From contig CAVXGK010000002.1 in NCBI GenBank assembly GCA_963761305.1, positions 1,824,001 to 1,888,000 on the forward strand: a DNA stretch of 64,000 nt. The letters run 5' to 3'. This document shows positions 47,706 through 57,806 of the stretch, in pieces. The stretch is from an uncultured Gemmatimonadaceae bacterium. GTDB lineage: Bacteria; Gemmatimonadota; Gemmatimonadetes; Gemmatimonadales; Gemmatimonadaceae. Both the position numbers and the translations under genes were made by a program. Under the pieces are notes generated by a model, which saw only the letters and a program-made list of their open reading frames with translations, searched no databases and was not told the origin of the DNA. The stretch's first letter is position 1. Each line of letters starts with the position of its first letter.

Positions 47706-50371
47706 GCGTCGGGAAGGGTTGGCGCCGGCTGCTGCGACTCTCGCGCGACGACGAGCATTCAGCCCGCCGCGACGTGGACGACGAGATCGCGTTTCATCTC
47801 GCGATGCGCGAAGAGAAGCTGCGCCGCCTGGGAGCCTCGCCCGGCGACGCGCAGTCCGAGGCTCGCGCCCGATTCGGCAACGCGGAGCAGGTGCGCGACG
47901 AGTGTGTCACCATCGACCAGCGGTACGCGCGCGAGGTGCGTCTCATGGAATGGCTCGAGTCCGTCTGGTCTGACCTTCGCTACACGTTTCGCACACTGCG
48001 CCGCGCGCCGGCGTTCACGCTCGTCGCCACGCTCACGCTGGCACTTGGCATCGGCGCGACGACGGCGATGTTCACGCTCGTCGACGAGATCCTGCTGCGA
48101 CCGCTGCCCTACCCCAAGGCGGATCGGATCGTCCGGCTCATTCAGTCGTACCCGGAGATTGGGCTCGACACGTGGGGCGTGTCGCAGGAAAACATCGCGA
48201 TGTACCGCGACCGCGCGACGGATTTCGAATCGTTCGCCGGGTATCGGTCGGCGGGAATGACGCTGACCGGCGACGGCCGCGCCGATCGCCTCGATGCTGT
48301 GTTGGTGACGGCGGACTTCTTCCACGTGCTGGGCGTCGATCCCGCGCGCGGTCGGCCGTTCACGCGTGCCGAAGACACCAAGGGAAACAACAACGTCGCC
48401 ATTCTAAGTGATGCATTCTGGCATTCGCGATTCGGTGGTCGCGCGGATGCGATCGGGTCGACGATCGACCTCGACGGCCGACCGGTTCGCGTGATCGGCG
48501 TGATGCCGTCGGGGTTCGGTTTTCCGCACGCCGAAACGCAGGTCTGGCTGCCCATGGGTCTCGACCCGTCGAGACGATTCGGCTGGATCAACAGCGGCAT
48601 CGCCCGTCTCGAGCCGGGTGTGTCCGTGACGCACGCGCGTCAGCAGACGACGGCGATCATGTGGGACTGGGCGCGACGAGCCCCGGACCTGGCCGGGCGA
48701 AAGTCGATCGACCCCGCACGCACGCACATGGCGACGATCGTCGCGCCGCTTCAAGAGGCGATGACGAAGCGGACCGCTCGCCCGCTCATGGTCCTCTTCG
48801 CGGCCGTCGGTCTCATTCTGCTGATCGCGATCGCGAACGTCGCCACGCTGCTCTCCGGCCGCGCGGCCATACGGCAGCGCGAGATCGGGCTTCGCGCGGC
48901 GCTCGGCGCGACCGGCGGCCGAGTGATGCGCCAGTTGCTCACCGAGAGCGTCACGCTCGCGATGCTCGGCGCGGCAGCGGGCGTCGGGCTGGCATTCGGC
49001 GCCGTGAGAGTCTTCACGCATTCGCGTCTCGTGGCGCTGCCGCGGCTGCAGGAGGTCCACGTCGACGGTCGCGTCCTCGCCGTGACGCTCGCGCTCTCCG
49101 TGCTGAGCGGAATCTTGTTCGGGCTACTCCCCGCGTTTCACAGCATGCGCGCGCGCACGACCGGCGAGCTCACGATGCGCGAGACGGCGCAGCGCTCCGT
49201 TCGCCGGTTGAACAGCGGTCTCGTCGTCGCGCAGCTCGCGTTGTCGGTCGTTCTATTGATCGCGGCCGGCCTCATGCTCGAGAGCTTCCAGCGCCTCACG
49301 TCGCTCGATCTCGGATTTCATCCCGAAGGCATCACGTCGGTCGCGCTACCGCTTCCACCCAAGTACAACAGCGCTTCGACGGCGAATCCGTTCTTTTCGA
49401 CGGTGCTCGAGCAGGTGCGGGCAACGCCCGGCGTGAAATCGGCGGCGCTCGCGTGGGGTCTGCCGTTCGAGGGCGAGTCGAACTACGACGGCTTTCTGGT
49501 CGCAGACCGTCCAGTTCCGCCGTCCGGCGCCGAGGGCCAGACGTACCAAGTTGGCGTGAGCCCCGGATACTTCTCGACGATGGGCATTCCGCTCCGGTTC
49601 GGACGAGACGTGATGGCGGCCGACGACACGACGGGAGTTCCGATCGCGCTGATCGACGAAGCGATTGCCAAGAAATACTGGAAAGGCACCGACGCGATCG
49701 GAAAACGAATTCGCGTCACCGGCGACACGACGTGGCTGACGATCGTCGGCGTCGTCGGCGCGATTCACGACGACGATGCGACGCGTTTGCCCGCGCCGCA
49801 TCTCTACGTCAGTCTCGCCCAGTTCGGCTCGCAGCGGGTGTCGCTGGCGATTCGCACCGGATCTGACGCCGGCGCCGCCCTCCGGTCGGCGCGGTCGACG
49901 CTCTCCAAACTCGACTCGTCCATTCCGCTCGACGGCGCGCGCACGTTGGCATCCGTCGTCGGAGACTCACTCGCCACGAAGCGGCTGACCGAAATCCTGC
50001 TCGCCGCGTTCGCCGCTGTCGCCGTGCTGCTGGCCGGCGTCGGCATCTACGGCGTGATGTCGCTCTCGGTCGCGAATCGCCGTCGTGAATTTGGCGTGCG
50101 ACTCGCCGTCGGCGCCGAACCGGGCGCGCTCGTCCGGCTCGTGTTGGGAGAGGGCGCCATCGTCGCGGCGACGGGCGTTGGAATCGGCGTGGTCGGCGCG
50201 CTCGTCGCGACCAGATGGATGGCATCGCTGCTGTACGACGTGAGTCCCACCGATCCGGTCATCTTCGTCTCGCTGTCGGTGCTGCTCGGCGCGATCGCGG
50301 TCGCGTCATGCTACGTGCCGGCGCGGCGCGCGTCGAAGAGCGACCCGCTCATCGCGCTGCGCGCGGACTGA
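47702..50371 (+). CDS. ADOP-type duplicated ABC transporter permease
   Basis: DVDDEIAFHL prefix domain, TLALGIGATTAMF, GIYGVMS...RRREFGVRLAVGA, ALRAD; GTGA overlap with padR. Confidence 0.93.
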   Translation: MSVGKGWRRLLRLSRDDEHSARRDVDDEIAFHLAMREEKLRRLGASPGDAQSEARARFGNAEQVRDECVTIDQRYAREVRLMEWLESVWSDLRYTFRTLRRAPAFTLVATLTLALGIGATTAMFTLVDEILLRPLPYPKADRIVRLIQSYPEIGLDTWGVSQENIAMYRDRATDFESFAGYRSAGMTLTGDGRADRLDAVLVTADFFHVLGVDPARGRPFTRAEDTKGNNNVAILSDAFWHSRFGGRADAIGSTIDLDGRPVRVIGVMPSGFGFPHAETQVWLPMGLDPSRRFGWINSGIARLEPGVSVTHARQQTTAIMWDWARRAPDLAGRKSIDPARTHMATIVAPLQEAMTKRTARPLMVLFAAVGLILLIAIANVATLLSGRAAIRQREIGLRAALGATGGRVMRQLLTESVTLAMLGAAAGVGLAFGAVRVFTHSRLVALPRLQEVHVDGRVLAVTLALSVLSGILFGLLPAFHSMRARTTGELTMRETAQRSVRRLNSGLVVAQLALSVVLLIAAGLMLESFQRLTSLDLGFHPEGITSVALPLPPKYNSASTANPFFSTVLEQVRATPGVKSAALAWGLPFEGESNYDGFLVADRPVPPSGAEGQTYQVGVSPGYFSTMGIPLRFGRDVMAADDTTGVPIALIDEAIAKKYWKGTDAIGKRIRVTGDTTWLTIVGVVGAIHDDDATRLPAPHLYVSLAQFGSQRVSLAIRTGSDAGAALRSARSTLSKLDSSIPLDGARTLASVVGDSLATKRLTEILLAAFAAVAVLLAGVGIYGVMSLSVANRRREFGVRLAVGAEPGALVRLVLGEGAIVAATGVGIGVVGALVATRWMASLLYDVSPTDPVIFVSLSVLLGAIAVASCYVPARRASKSDPLIALRAD

Positions 50372-50401
50372 TCGTTCCGCGCGCAACACGACCGACGAAT
50401 C

Positions 50402-51379
50402 TCAGAGCTTGTAGAGCGCCTTCGCGTTCTCGCCCATGATTTTCTTCCGCTCGGCGTCGGAGACATTGAGCGCGGCGAGGCTCGACTTCATCTTCGGAAT
50501 GCTGCCGATCTGGTGCGGGTAGTCACTGGCCGCGAGCACCTGCCCCGCGCCGGCGAAATCGACGCACAATCGCACGGCGCGCGGGTCGAAGTTCACACCG
50601 TCGTAATAGAAGTTTCGCAAATACTCGCTCGGCTTGATCGAGATGTCGGCACGACAGTCGGGGAACGCTTCCCATCCGCGGTCGAGACGCTCGACGAGAT
50701 ACGGAATCGCGCCGCCGAGGTGGCCGAGCACCCACTTGATGTTGGGGTAGCGCTCGGGGACGCCGGCGAAGACCAGCTTGGCAGCGGCGAGCGTGGTGTC
50801 CATGAGGAATCCGACAAGCGGCATCAGCCAGTAGTCCGTCATCGCCGCGACGCCGACCGGATCCGTCGGATGGATGTGGAGGATCGCGCCGAGGCGGTTG
50901 GCTTCGGCGTAGAGCGGCTCGAAGCGCCTGTCGGCGAGCGCGACGCCGTTCACGTTGCTGAACAGCATCGCGCCCGGCATGCCGAGTTGCGTCATCGCGC
51001 GCGTGAGCTCGGCGACCGACGCGGCGGGATCGCAGAGCGGGAGCGTGGCGAGCGCGGCGAAGCGCGGCGATCGCTCGCGCACGACGGTGGCGAACGCGTC
51101 GTTCACCAGACGCGCGAATCGAACGGCACGGTCGGGCGGTTCGACGTGCGTGCCGGGAGTGGTGAACGTGATGACTTGCGTGTCGACGCCCTCTTTGATC
51201 AGCACGTCCTGGCGATAGCCGATGTCGCGATGCCCGCGCACGGCGACGTTGTAGTCACCGGGATAGTGCAGGCACGGATTGCCTTCGGCGTCGATCGTGA
51301 GTTTGACCGCGCTGTCGCCGGCCTTGAGCGCGTCGAGGTATTCGGGTGGATAGAAGTGGTTGTGAACGTCGATCAGCAT
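50402..51379 (-). CDS. Amidohydrolase_2 family protein (ACMSD-like decarboxylase/hydrolase)
   Basis: IDVHNH, HIHP, GHLGGAIPYL, SDYPH. Confidence 0.9.
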   Translation of the reverse strand: MLIDVHNHFYPPEYLDALKAGDSAVKLTIDAEGNPCLHYPGDYNVAVRGHRDIGYRQDVLIKEGVDTQVITFTTPGTHVEPPDRAVRFARLVNDAFATVVRERSPRFAALATLPLCDPAASVAELTRAMTQLGMPGAMLFSNVNGVALADRRFEPLYAEANRLGAILHIHPTDPVGVAAMTDYWLMPLVGFLMDTTLAAAKLVFAGVPERYPNIKWVLGHLGGAIPYLVERLDRGWEAFPDCRADISIKPSEYLRNFYYDGVNFDPRAVRLCVDFAGAGQVLAASDYPHQIGSIPKMKSSLAALNVSDAERKKIMGENAKALYKL

Positions 51380-51665
51380 GTCGTGGGATCTCGGGGAGAA
51401 GGCGGACTCGAGGACCACAGAAGGTAGACGGACCACCCCGTGGCGACGAGGAGGCGATTGTTGGATTTCGAATGCGCGAATCGACGGGCACGGCTGTCCC
51501 GAACGTCGGACGCGAATCTGTCCCGACCTGCGGACGATAGGGTCGCTCGCGATGCGTCGCCGATCACACAGCGGCCGGCGAGGCGAGGGGCTTGTGAAGG
51601 CATAACTGGCCCATTGGCAGCCACTTACAACCGCCCAGCCCGAGTTCCGTCGATTCGGCCTTAGC

Positions 51666-51683
51666 CGGGCATAGGCGGTGCAA
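51666..51683 (+). promoter_or_regulatory. Possible sigma-54 (-24/-12) promoter
   Basis: CGGGCATAGGCGGTGCAA has GG-N10-GC spacing, ~57 bp upstream of the 51740 ATG. Confidence 0.4.
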
Positions 51684-51739
51684 ATCGCTGAGCTCAGATC
51701 GGCCGCAAACGAGCAGCGGATCTCAACAAGGAGCAAGCG

Positions 51740-52540
51740 ATGACAAGACACATGTGGATTCAGCGCTCGATTCCGTTGGCAGCCGCCGCACTCGTCGGCC
51801 TGGCGCCGGTGGTGATGGCGCAGGGTCAGCAGATGTTCGAGTGGAGCGGTCGAGTGGACCGCGAAGTTCAGATCGTGATGCGCGGCAGCCAGATCTCGAC
51901 GCGCAACATCGGCCCGACCGAGCCGGGGCGCGCGCGCGGCCGCATGCTCGCCGACATGCCGCGCATGGACGGACAGGTTCGCGTGCAGGTGCTGAACGGC
52001 CGAGGCAACGTGGACGTGATTCAACAGCCGAACTCGGGCAACGGGTTCACGACGATCGTCCGCGTTCAGGATCCGCGCAGCGGAGCGGACGACTATCGAC
52101 TCGTCGGCTATTGGCAGGGCTACTCCAACGGCGACTATGTCGGCTGGCCGGGACGCGGACGCAGTCGTGACTATCCGGACAACGGCGGGGCGAACGGCGG
52201 CTATCCAAACGCCGGCAACGGCGGCAACGGCCGCTACGGCGACCGCTCGATGTTGCACTGGAGCGGCAACGTCGACGACGAAGTCGAAATCAGAATTCAA
52301 AACGGACGCGTGGATTATCGAACTCTGCGCGGCAGAGAAGCCACGAACGTTCGCTCCGATGCGGGCGACATGAGCATGCCGCGACGCAACACGAGCGTGT
52401 CCGTAGTGCAGAACGCCGGTCGAGGCAGCGTGACGGTCGTACAGCAGCCCTCGGCGTGGAACAACTACACGACGGTGGTTCGAGTGCGCGATCCGCAGGG
52501 CGGCTATGGCTGGTACGACTTCAACCTGATGTGGCAGTAA
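51740..52540 (+). CDS. Secreted hypothetical protein with two homologous beta-rich domains
   Basis: Signal peptide; repeat 1 FEWSGRVDREVQI...GRGNVDVIQQP...VRVQDP; repeat 2 LHWSGNVDDEVEI...GRGSVTVVQQP...VRVRDP; AGGAG RBS. Confidence 0.85.
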   Translation: MTRHMWIQRSIPLAAAALVGLAPVVMAQGQQMFEWSGRVDREVQIVMRGSQISTRNIGPTEPGRARGRMLADMPRMDGQVRVQVLNGRGNVDVIQQPNSGNGFTTIVRVQDPRSGADDYRLVGYWQGYSNGDYVGWPGRGRSRDYPDNGGANGGYPNAGNGGNGRYGDRSMLHWSGNVDDEVEIRIQNGRVDYRTLRGREATNVRSDAGDMSMPRRNTSVSVVQNAGRGSVTVVQQPSAWNNYTTVVRVRDPQGGYGWYDFNLMWQ

Positions 52541-52599
52541 CGATCAACTGACGGGTTCGAGATCGCGCCGCTATTGCGATTCGCGATTCTCGAAAGACG

Positions 52600-52639
52600 G
52601 CGGCGTAGCGGCGAGTCCGCTACGCCGCTGTTTTCTTTT
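52600..52639 (+). terminator. Rho-independent terminator
   Basis: GCGGCGTAGCGG-CGAGT-CCGCTACGCCGC then TGTTTTCTTTT. Confidence 0.8.
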
Positions 52640-52705
52640 GTTGGCCTACCGCGCCTCGGTAGTCCCACACATTCTTCAACGAACCCTCGGAATCGGAAGT
52701 GCTTC

Positions 52706-53908
52706 ATGGCGGCCAGGACCGGCGTTCGCGATCGGCGTTCACTCATGCGGCGACAGATGTCGCGCGCCGCACTGACCTTCGCGAGTGCGGTGTTCGCGGC
52801 GACGACGACGCTCACGACGAACGTCGTCGCGCAAACGCTGGCCGGCGGCGTGGCGTCGACGATTCCGACGCGGCTCAGCGACACCGCGTTCTGGCGGCTC
52901 GTGACCGAGGTGTCGGAGCCGGGCGGGTATTTCCGCTCGGACAACTTCGTGTCGAACGAGACGAGCTATCAGTGGGTGATCCCCGATCTTCAGCGCACGA
53001 CGCGGGCGGGCGGGGTGTACCTCGGCGTGGGCCCGGACCAGAACTTCACGTATCTCGTCGCGCTGCGGCCCAGGATCGCGTTCATCTTCGACATCAGGCG
53101 TCAGAACATGCTGACGCACCTGATGTACAAGGCGCTGATCGAGCAGTCGAGCGATCGCGCCGATTTTCTCTCGCGGCTCTTCGCGCGCCCGCGGCCGGCG
53201 CATCTCGATAGTCTGACGCCGGCCGAGTCGCTGTTCGTGGCGTTTCAGCTGGTGCCGCCCGACAGCGCGTTCTACCGGAAGACGATGGCGTCGATCAACG
53301 AGCAGTTGTCGAAAAAGCACGGGTTCGCGCTGACGACGGACGACACGGCCTCGATCGCCTACGTCTATCGCTCGTTCGTCTCGTACGGACCGGACATCAC
53401 GTACAACTCGAATCAAGGACGCGCCGGCTACGGTCGCATGCCGAGTTTCGCGCAGCTGCAGATCGAGAGCGACAGCGCGGGGCTGCGGCGCGGGTACCTG
53501 GCCAGCGAAGTGAACTTTCGCGTGCTCAAGCAGCTCGAGGCCGACAACCTCGTGGTGCCGGTGGTCGGCGACTTCGCCGGCGCGCAGGCGATCCGCGCGG
53601 TGGGCACGTATCTCAGGGAGCACCACGCCGGCGTGACCGCGTTCTATCTGTCGAACGTCGAGCAGTATCTCTTCCAGCAGGGCGACGACTGGCGCCGCTT
53701 CTTCGAGAACGTGGGAACGCTGCCGCTCGATTCGTCGAGCACGTTCATCCGTTCGGTGTTCGACGGCGCGGTCTACTATCGCGGCGCGTCGTCGAGCGGC
53801 GGATACATGCGCGCGCGCCAGATGCTGGCGTCGATGCTCGAGCAGGTCACGGCGTTCAAGGCGGGAAAGTTGATGACATACGCCGACGTGATCGAGTCGT
53901 CGCGCTGA
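52706..53908 (+). CDS. Conserved hypothetical secreted protein
   Basis: SEPGGYFRSDNFVSNE, GVYLGVGPDQNFTY, VVGDFAG, FYLSNVEQYL; start uncertain. Confidence 0.85.
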   Translation: MAARTGVRDRRSLMRRQMSRAALTFASAVFAATTTLTTNVVAQTLAGGVASTIPTRLSDTAFWRLVTEVSEPGGYFRSDNFVSNETSYQWVIPDLQRTTRAGGVYLGVGPDQNFTYLVALRPRIAFIFDIRRQNMLTHLMYKALIEQSSDRADFLSRLFARPRPAHLDSLTPAESLFVAFQLVPPDSAFYRKTMASINEQLSKKHGFALTTDDTASIAYVYRSFVSYGPDITYNSNQGRAGYGRMPSFAQLQIESDSAGLRRGYLASEVNFRVLKQLEADNLVVPVVGDFAGAQAIRAVGTYLREHHAGVTAFYLSNVEQYLFQQGDDWRRFFENVGTLPLDSSSTFIRSVFDGAVYYRGASSSGGYMRARQMLASMLEQVTAFKAGKLMTYADVIESSR

Positions 53909-53984
53909 GGGTTCGCGGCTGAGGAAGGTCTCAAGACACGGTGGTTCGGGCGTTTTGGTTTCATGTGGCGCGAGCGGGATATCC

Positions 53985-54121
53985 AAGGGAACACTGAAAC
54001 AAACCGATTGAACGGGAACGAACGGATGAGTGTGGTGGAACTGCGCACAGAGGCCCTATCGCGGTTCCGAGAAATCCCTATCTGTTTTTGTCAGTTCAAT
54101 CCGTTGGCGTCAGTTTTCCCC
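53985..54121. repeat. Long imperfect palindromic element between convergent genes
   Basis: Left arm GGGAACACTGA..AACCGATTGAACGG..AACGGAT, right arm ATCTGTT..TCAGTTCAATCCGTT..TCAGTTTTCCC. Confidence 0.6.
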
Positions 54122-54190
54122 ACGGCTCTCGCCAAACGCGAGAAGGGTTCCCGTCGACCCTCCTCGCAAGCCGAGCGGTCATCATCGATT

Positions 54191-56506
54191 CTAGCGGCCA
54201 CCCGCGGCGACATGCTCGTTCAAGAATCGAGTGAGCAGGTTGAAGAGATGGACGCGTGTGCCCGGGCCTTCGAAGATCCCGTGTGTGCGGTTCGGATACT
54301 CCATCATCGTGAACGGCTTGTTCGCCGCGACGAGCGCGTTGATCAACTGTTCGGTGCTCTGATAGTGGACGTTGTCGTCGCCCGAGCCGTGGACGACCAG
54401 TAGGTCGCCGCGCAGGCCGGACGCGAAGTACAGCGGCGACGCGTCGTGATACGCCGCCTCGTCGGTGCTCGGCAGACCGACGTAGCGCTCCTGGTAGATC
54501 GTGTCGTAGTTGTGCACGTTCGCCACCGGCGCCACGGCCATGCCGGCGCGGTACACGTCGGGCGCGCGGAACATGAGGTGCAACGTCGACGAACCGCCGC
54601 CGCTCCAACCCCACACGGCGAGTCGCGTCGAATCGACGAACGGCATGCGTCCGACGATCTTCGCCGCCGCCGACTGCTCGCGGACGCGGAGCGATCCGAT
54701 CTGGTTGCGCACCACCTTGCGCCATTCGCGCCCGCGCGGACCGGGCGTACCGCGGTTGTCGACGCTCGCGACGATGTACCCTCGTTGCGTGAGCATGAGA
54801 TGCCACAGGTACGTGCTCCCGCCGTACGCGTCGAGCACGGTCTGCGCGGCCGGCTCGCCGTACACATAGAACAGCACCGGATACTTCTTCGTCGGATCGA
54901 AGTCGGCCGGCTTCATCATCCACGAGTCGAGCTTCACACCGTCGCCGATGTCGATCTGCGAGAACGTGACCGCCCCGCGCTTCAGCGCCGCGATGCGCGC
55001 CGCGACGTCCGCGTTCGACTCCAACGTGCGCACGACCTCGTGGCTCGGCAGCCGCACGAGATCGGTCACCGGCGGCGTGACGAACGTCGAGTACTCGTGA
55101 ATCGCCCAATGCGCGCCGGGCCCGATGTCGTAGTCGTGCGTGCCGTGAGCCGACGCGGGCGTGAGGCGCTCGGGCTGGCCCGAGCCGTCGAGCTTCGTCC
55201 GCCACAGAAACATTTGTGTCGCGTCGGTCGGCGAGGCGTAGTAGTAGAGCCACCCACCCTTCGTGTCGACGTAGGCGATTCGCACGACGTCGAAGGCGCC
55301 GGGCGTGATGAGTCGCAGCGATCCGGTCTTCGACACGAGGTACGCGTGCCGCCATCCGTCGCGCTCGGAGAGATGGATGAACCCCGAGTTGTCGGCGAGC
55401 CATTTGACCGACGCACCGGTCGGGTCGGAATAGACGTCGATCCACGCGCTGTCGCGATCCACGAACAGCGGCTTTGCCTCTCCGGTCGATCCGTTCGCGA
55501 CAAAGAACGTGTTTTGCGTTTGCCGGCGATTGAGCTGCTGGATGAGCAGTTCGTTCGAGCTCGGCTCCCAACCCATTCGCGCCAGATAGTTGTTGCGCGG
55601 ATCGCCGGGGATTTTCATCCACGTGGTCGGTCCGCCCGCGGCGCTCACCACGCCGATGCGCGCGGCCGAGTTGGTCGTGCCGGCCTTGGGGTACTGCACC
55701 GGCTTCACGAACGAGTAGAGCGAGTCGGTGTTGTCGATCAGGAGAAAATCGCGCACACCCTTGGCGTCGAGCTGCCAGTAGGCGACGGACTTGCCGTCCG
55801 GACTCCAGCGGAAGCCGTCGCGGTCGTCGAGCTCCTCCTCGTACACCCAGTCGAAGGTGCCGTTGATCGTCGTGACCGAACCGTCGTGCGTCAGCGGGGT
55901 GATGCGAGCTTCAGTCAGTGATTCGGTATATAAATTGTGCTCGCGCACGTACGCGACGCGCGAGCCGTCGGGCGAGAACTTGGCGAACATCAGCGTAGAC
56001 GGCTTCGCGTCCGGGCCGCCGAGCTTTCGCAAGCCCCCGGTGGGGCGCGAGAGATCGAGCACCCAATAGTCGCCGCGCGTGTTCTGTCGCCACACGCGCG
56101 CCGAATTCGTGTAGATGAGAAGCTTCGAGTGGTCCGGCGACCACGCGTAATCCTCGATATCGATCGGCGCGTTCGCGCCGGTGGGGACGAGCCGGGTCGC
56201 CGCCACCATCACCGTCGATCGTCCGGTCGCCGCGTCCACCCTCACGAGGTTGCTCCCCTTCCCGCCGTCGGCCGGCTCGATCGTCGTGTAGGTGCTGTCG
56301 TCGAGCCACCGTGACGGACCGAAGCCGCGCAGCGCGAACTCGTTCGGGTCGTAGATGCGCTCCACCGTGAGCAGCGACGGATCCCCGCCTCGCTGGGCCG
56401 GGAGCGGGCGCGCGAGCGCAAGCACGGTCAGCGCGGCCGTCGCGACGAGCATCGTCGAGTGTCGGCGCCGAACGTGCCGATCCGTCAGCGGATACGTCAA
56501 AGGCAT
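54191..56506 (-). CDS. S9B dipeptidyl-peptidase IV family protein
   Basis: DWVYEEEL, YPKAG, VYGEP, GWSGGG, YDTIYQERY, DDNVH. Confidence 0.93.
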   Translation of the reverse strand: MPLTYPLTDRHVRRRHSTMLVATAALTVLALARPLPAQRGGDPSLLTVERIYDPNEFALRGFGPSRWLDDSTYTTIEPADGGKGSNLVRVDAATGRSTVMVAATRLVPTGANAPIDIEDYAWSPDHSKLLIYTNSARVWRQNTRGDYWVLDLSRPTGGLRKLGGPDAKPSTLMFAKFSPDGSRVAYVREHNLYTESLTEARITPLTHDGSVTTINGTFDWVYEEELDDRDGFRWSPDGKSVAYWQLDAKGVRDFLLIDNTDSLYSFVKPVQYPKAGTTNSAARIGVVSAAGGPTTWMKIPGDPRNNYLARMGWEPSSNELLIQQLNRRQTQNTFFVANGSTGEAKPLFVDRDSAWIDVYSDPTGASVKWLADNSGFIHLSERDGWRHAYLVSKTGSLRLITPGAFDVVRIAYVDTKGGWLYYYASPTDATQMFLWRTKLDGSGQPERLTPASAHGTHDYDIGPGAHWAIHEYSTFVTPPVTDLVRLPSHEVVRTLESNADVAARIAALKRGAVTFSQIDIGDGVKLDSWMMKPADFDPTKKYPVLFYVYGEPAAQTVLDAYGGSTYLWHLMLTQRGYIVASVDNRGTPGPRGREWRKVVRNQIGSLRVREQSAAAKIVGRMPFVDSTRLAVWGWSGGGSSTLHLMFRAPDVYRAGMAVAPVANVHNYDTIYQERYVGLPSTDEAAYHDASPLYFASGLRGDLLVVHGSGDDNVHYQSTEQLINALVAANKPFTMMEYPNRTHGIFEGPGTRVHLFNLLTRFLNEHVAAGGR

Positions 56507-56596
56507 GGAGTCGGGTCCCGGAAAGGTCGTGATACGAGGCGAGTGAAGATATTCGCCGCAGGTTGCCAAGCGCATCCTCGCACCTAGAATCACGGA

Positions 56597-57769
56597 ATGC
56601 CCGAGATCGCTCCCGCCGCCGCCCCGGCCCCCCCGTACGACCTCGCAACCCTGCGCAAATCCATCCCGATCCTCGCCTCGATGATCCCGATGAACAACTG
56701 CTCGCAGGCGCCGCAGACGACCGCCACTCGCGCCGCCGCCGAGCGGTATCTGGAATCGTGGAGTACGCGTGGCATGGACTGGGACGCGTGGATGGCGGAG
56801 GTGGACGCGGCCAAGCGCGAGTTCGCCCGCCTGATCAACGCCTCCGCCGACGAGATCGCGGTGTTCAGCTCCGTGTCCGAAGCGACGAGCGCGGTGGCGA
56901 GCGCGCTCGATTTCACTGGCGCCCACGACAAGGTCGTCGTCACCGAAGCCGAATTTCCGACCGTTGGCCACGTGTGGCTCGCGCAGCAGCCGCGCGGGGC
57001 GCGCATCGAGTGGATTCCGGTCCGCGACGGCCGCATCGACGCCGGCGAATACGAGCGCGTCGTCGACGACCGTACGGCAATCGTTTCGGCCTGCCACGGC
57101 TACTATCTCAACGGGTTCAAGCAGGATCTTTCGCACCTCGTGTCGGCGGCGCACGACCGCGGCGCGCTGCTCTACATCGACGCTTACCAGACACTCGGCA
57201 CCGTGCCGGTGGATGTTCGCACGCTCGGTCTCGACTTCCTGGCCGCCGGCAATCTCAAGTTTCTGATGGGGATTCCAGGCATCGCATTCCTGTACGTGCG
57301 CCGTGATCTCGCCGAACGACTCGAACCGTCGGTGACGGGCTGGTTCGGCCGCGCGGATCCGTTCGCGTTCGACACGAAGCACCTCGACTGGTCGCCGACG
57401 GCGAGCCGTTTCGACACCGGCACGCCACCGATCATGAACGCCTACGTCGCGCGCGCCGGCATGCAGATGATCAACGATGTCGGCGTCGGCGCGATTCGGT
57501 CGTGGCTCGAGGTGCTCGGACGACGTTTGATCGACGGCGGTCGCGAGCGCGGGCTGAGGCTTCTCGGCACCGACGGCATGGCGCACAAGACGGCGACGAC
57601 CGCGTTCCTCGTCGACGACTCGCACGCCGTCGAAGAGACGATGCGCGAGCGCGGCGTGATCGCGTCGGCTCGTGGTCCGGTGATCCGTCTCTCGCCGCAC
57701 TTCTACAGCACCGTCGACGACGTCGACACGGCGCTCGACACCCTGGCCTCGGTCGTGACCGGCCGGTGA
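56597..57769 (+). CDS. Aminotransferase class V PLP-dependent enzyme (cysteine desulfurase/kynureninase-like)
   Basis: EFPT, IDAYQTLG, GNLKFLMG (PLP lysine), RFDTGTP, RLSPHFY. Confidence 0.9.
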   Translation: MPEIAPAAAPAPPYDLATLRKSIPILASMIPMNNCSQAPQTTATRAAAERYLESWSTRGMDWDAWMAEVDAAKREFARLINASADEIAVFSSVSEATSAVASALDFTGAHDKVVVTEAEFPTVGHVWLAQQPRGARIEWIPVRDGRIDAGEYERVVDDRTAIVSACHGYYLNGFKQDLSHLVSAAHDRGALLYIDAYQTLGTVPVDVRTLGLDFLAAGNLKFLMGIPGIAFLYVRRDLAERLEPSVTGWFGRADPFAFDTKHLDWSPTASRFDTGTPPIMNAYVARAGMQMINDVGVGAIRSWLEVLGRRLIDGGRERGLRLLGTDGMAHKTATTAFLVDDSHAVEETMRERGVIASARGPVIRLSPHFYSTVDDVDTALDTLASVVTGR

Positions 57770-57806
57770 CGGCAAGCGGGCCGCGCAGCGGTATATTCTC
57801 GCCGCA

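Noticed and set aside
51380..51739. Riboswitch or known ncRNA in the 360-bp divergent intergenic region
   Set aside because: No recognisable aptamer motifs by eye; needs an Rfam/Infernal scan.
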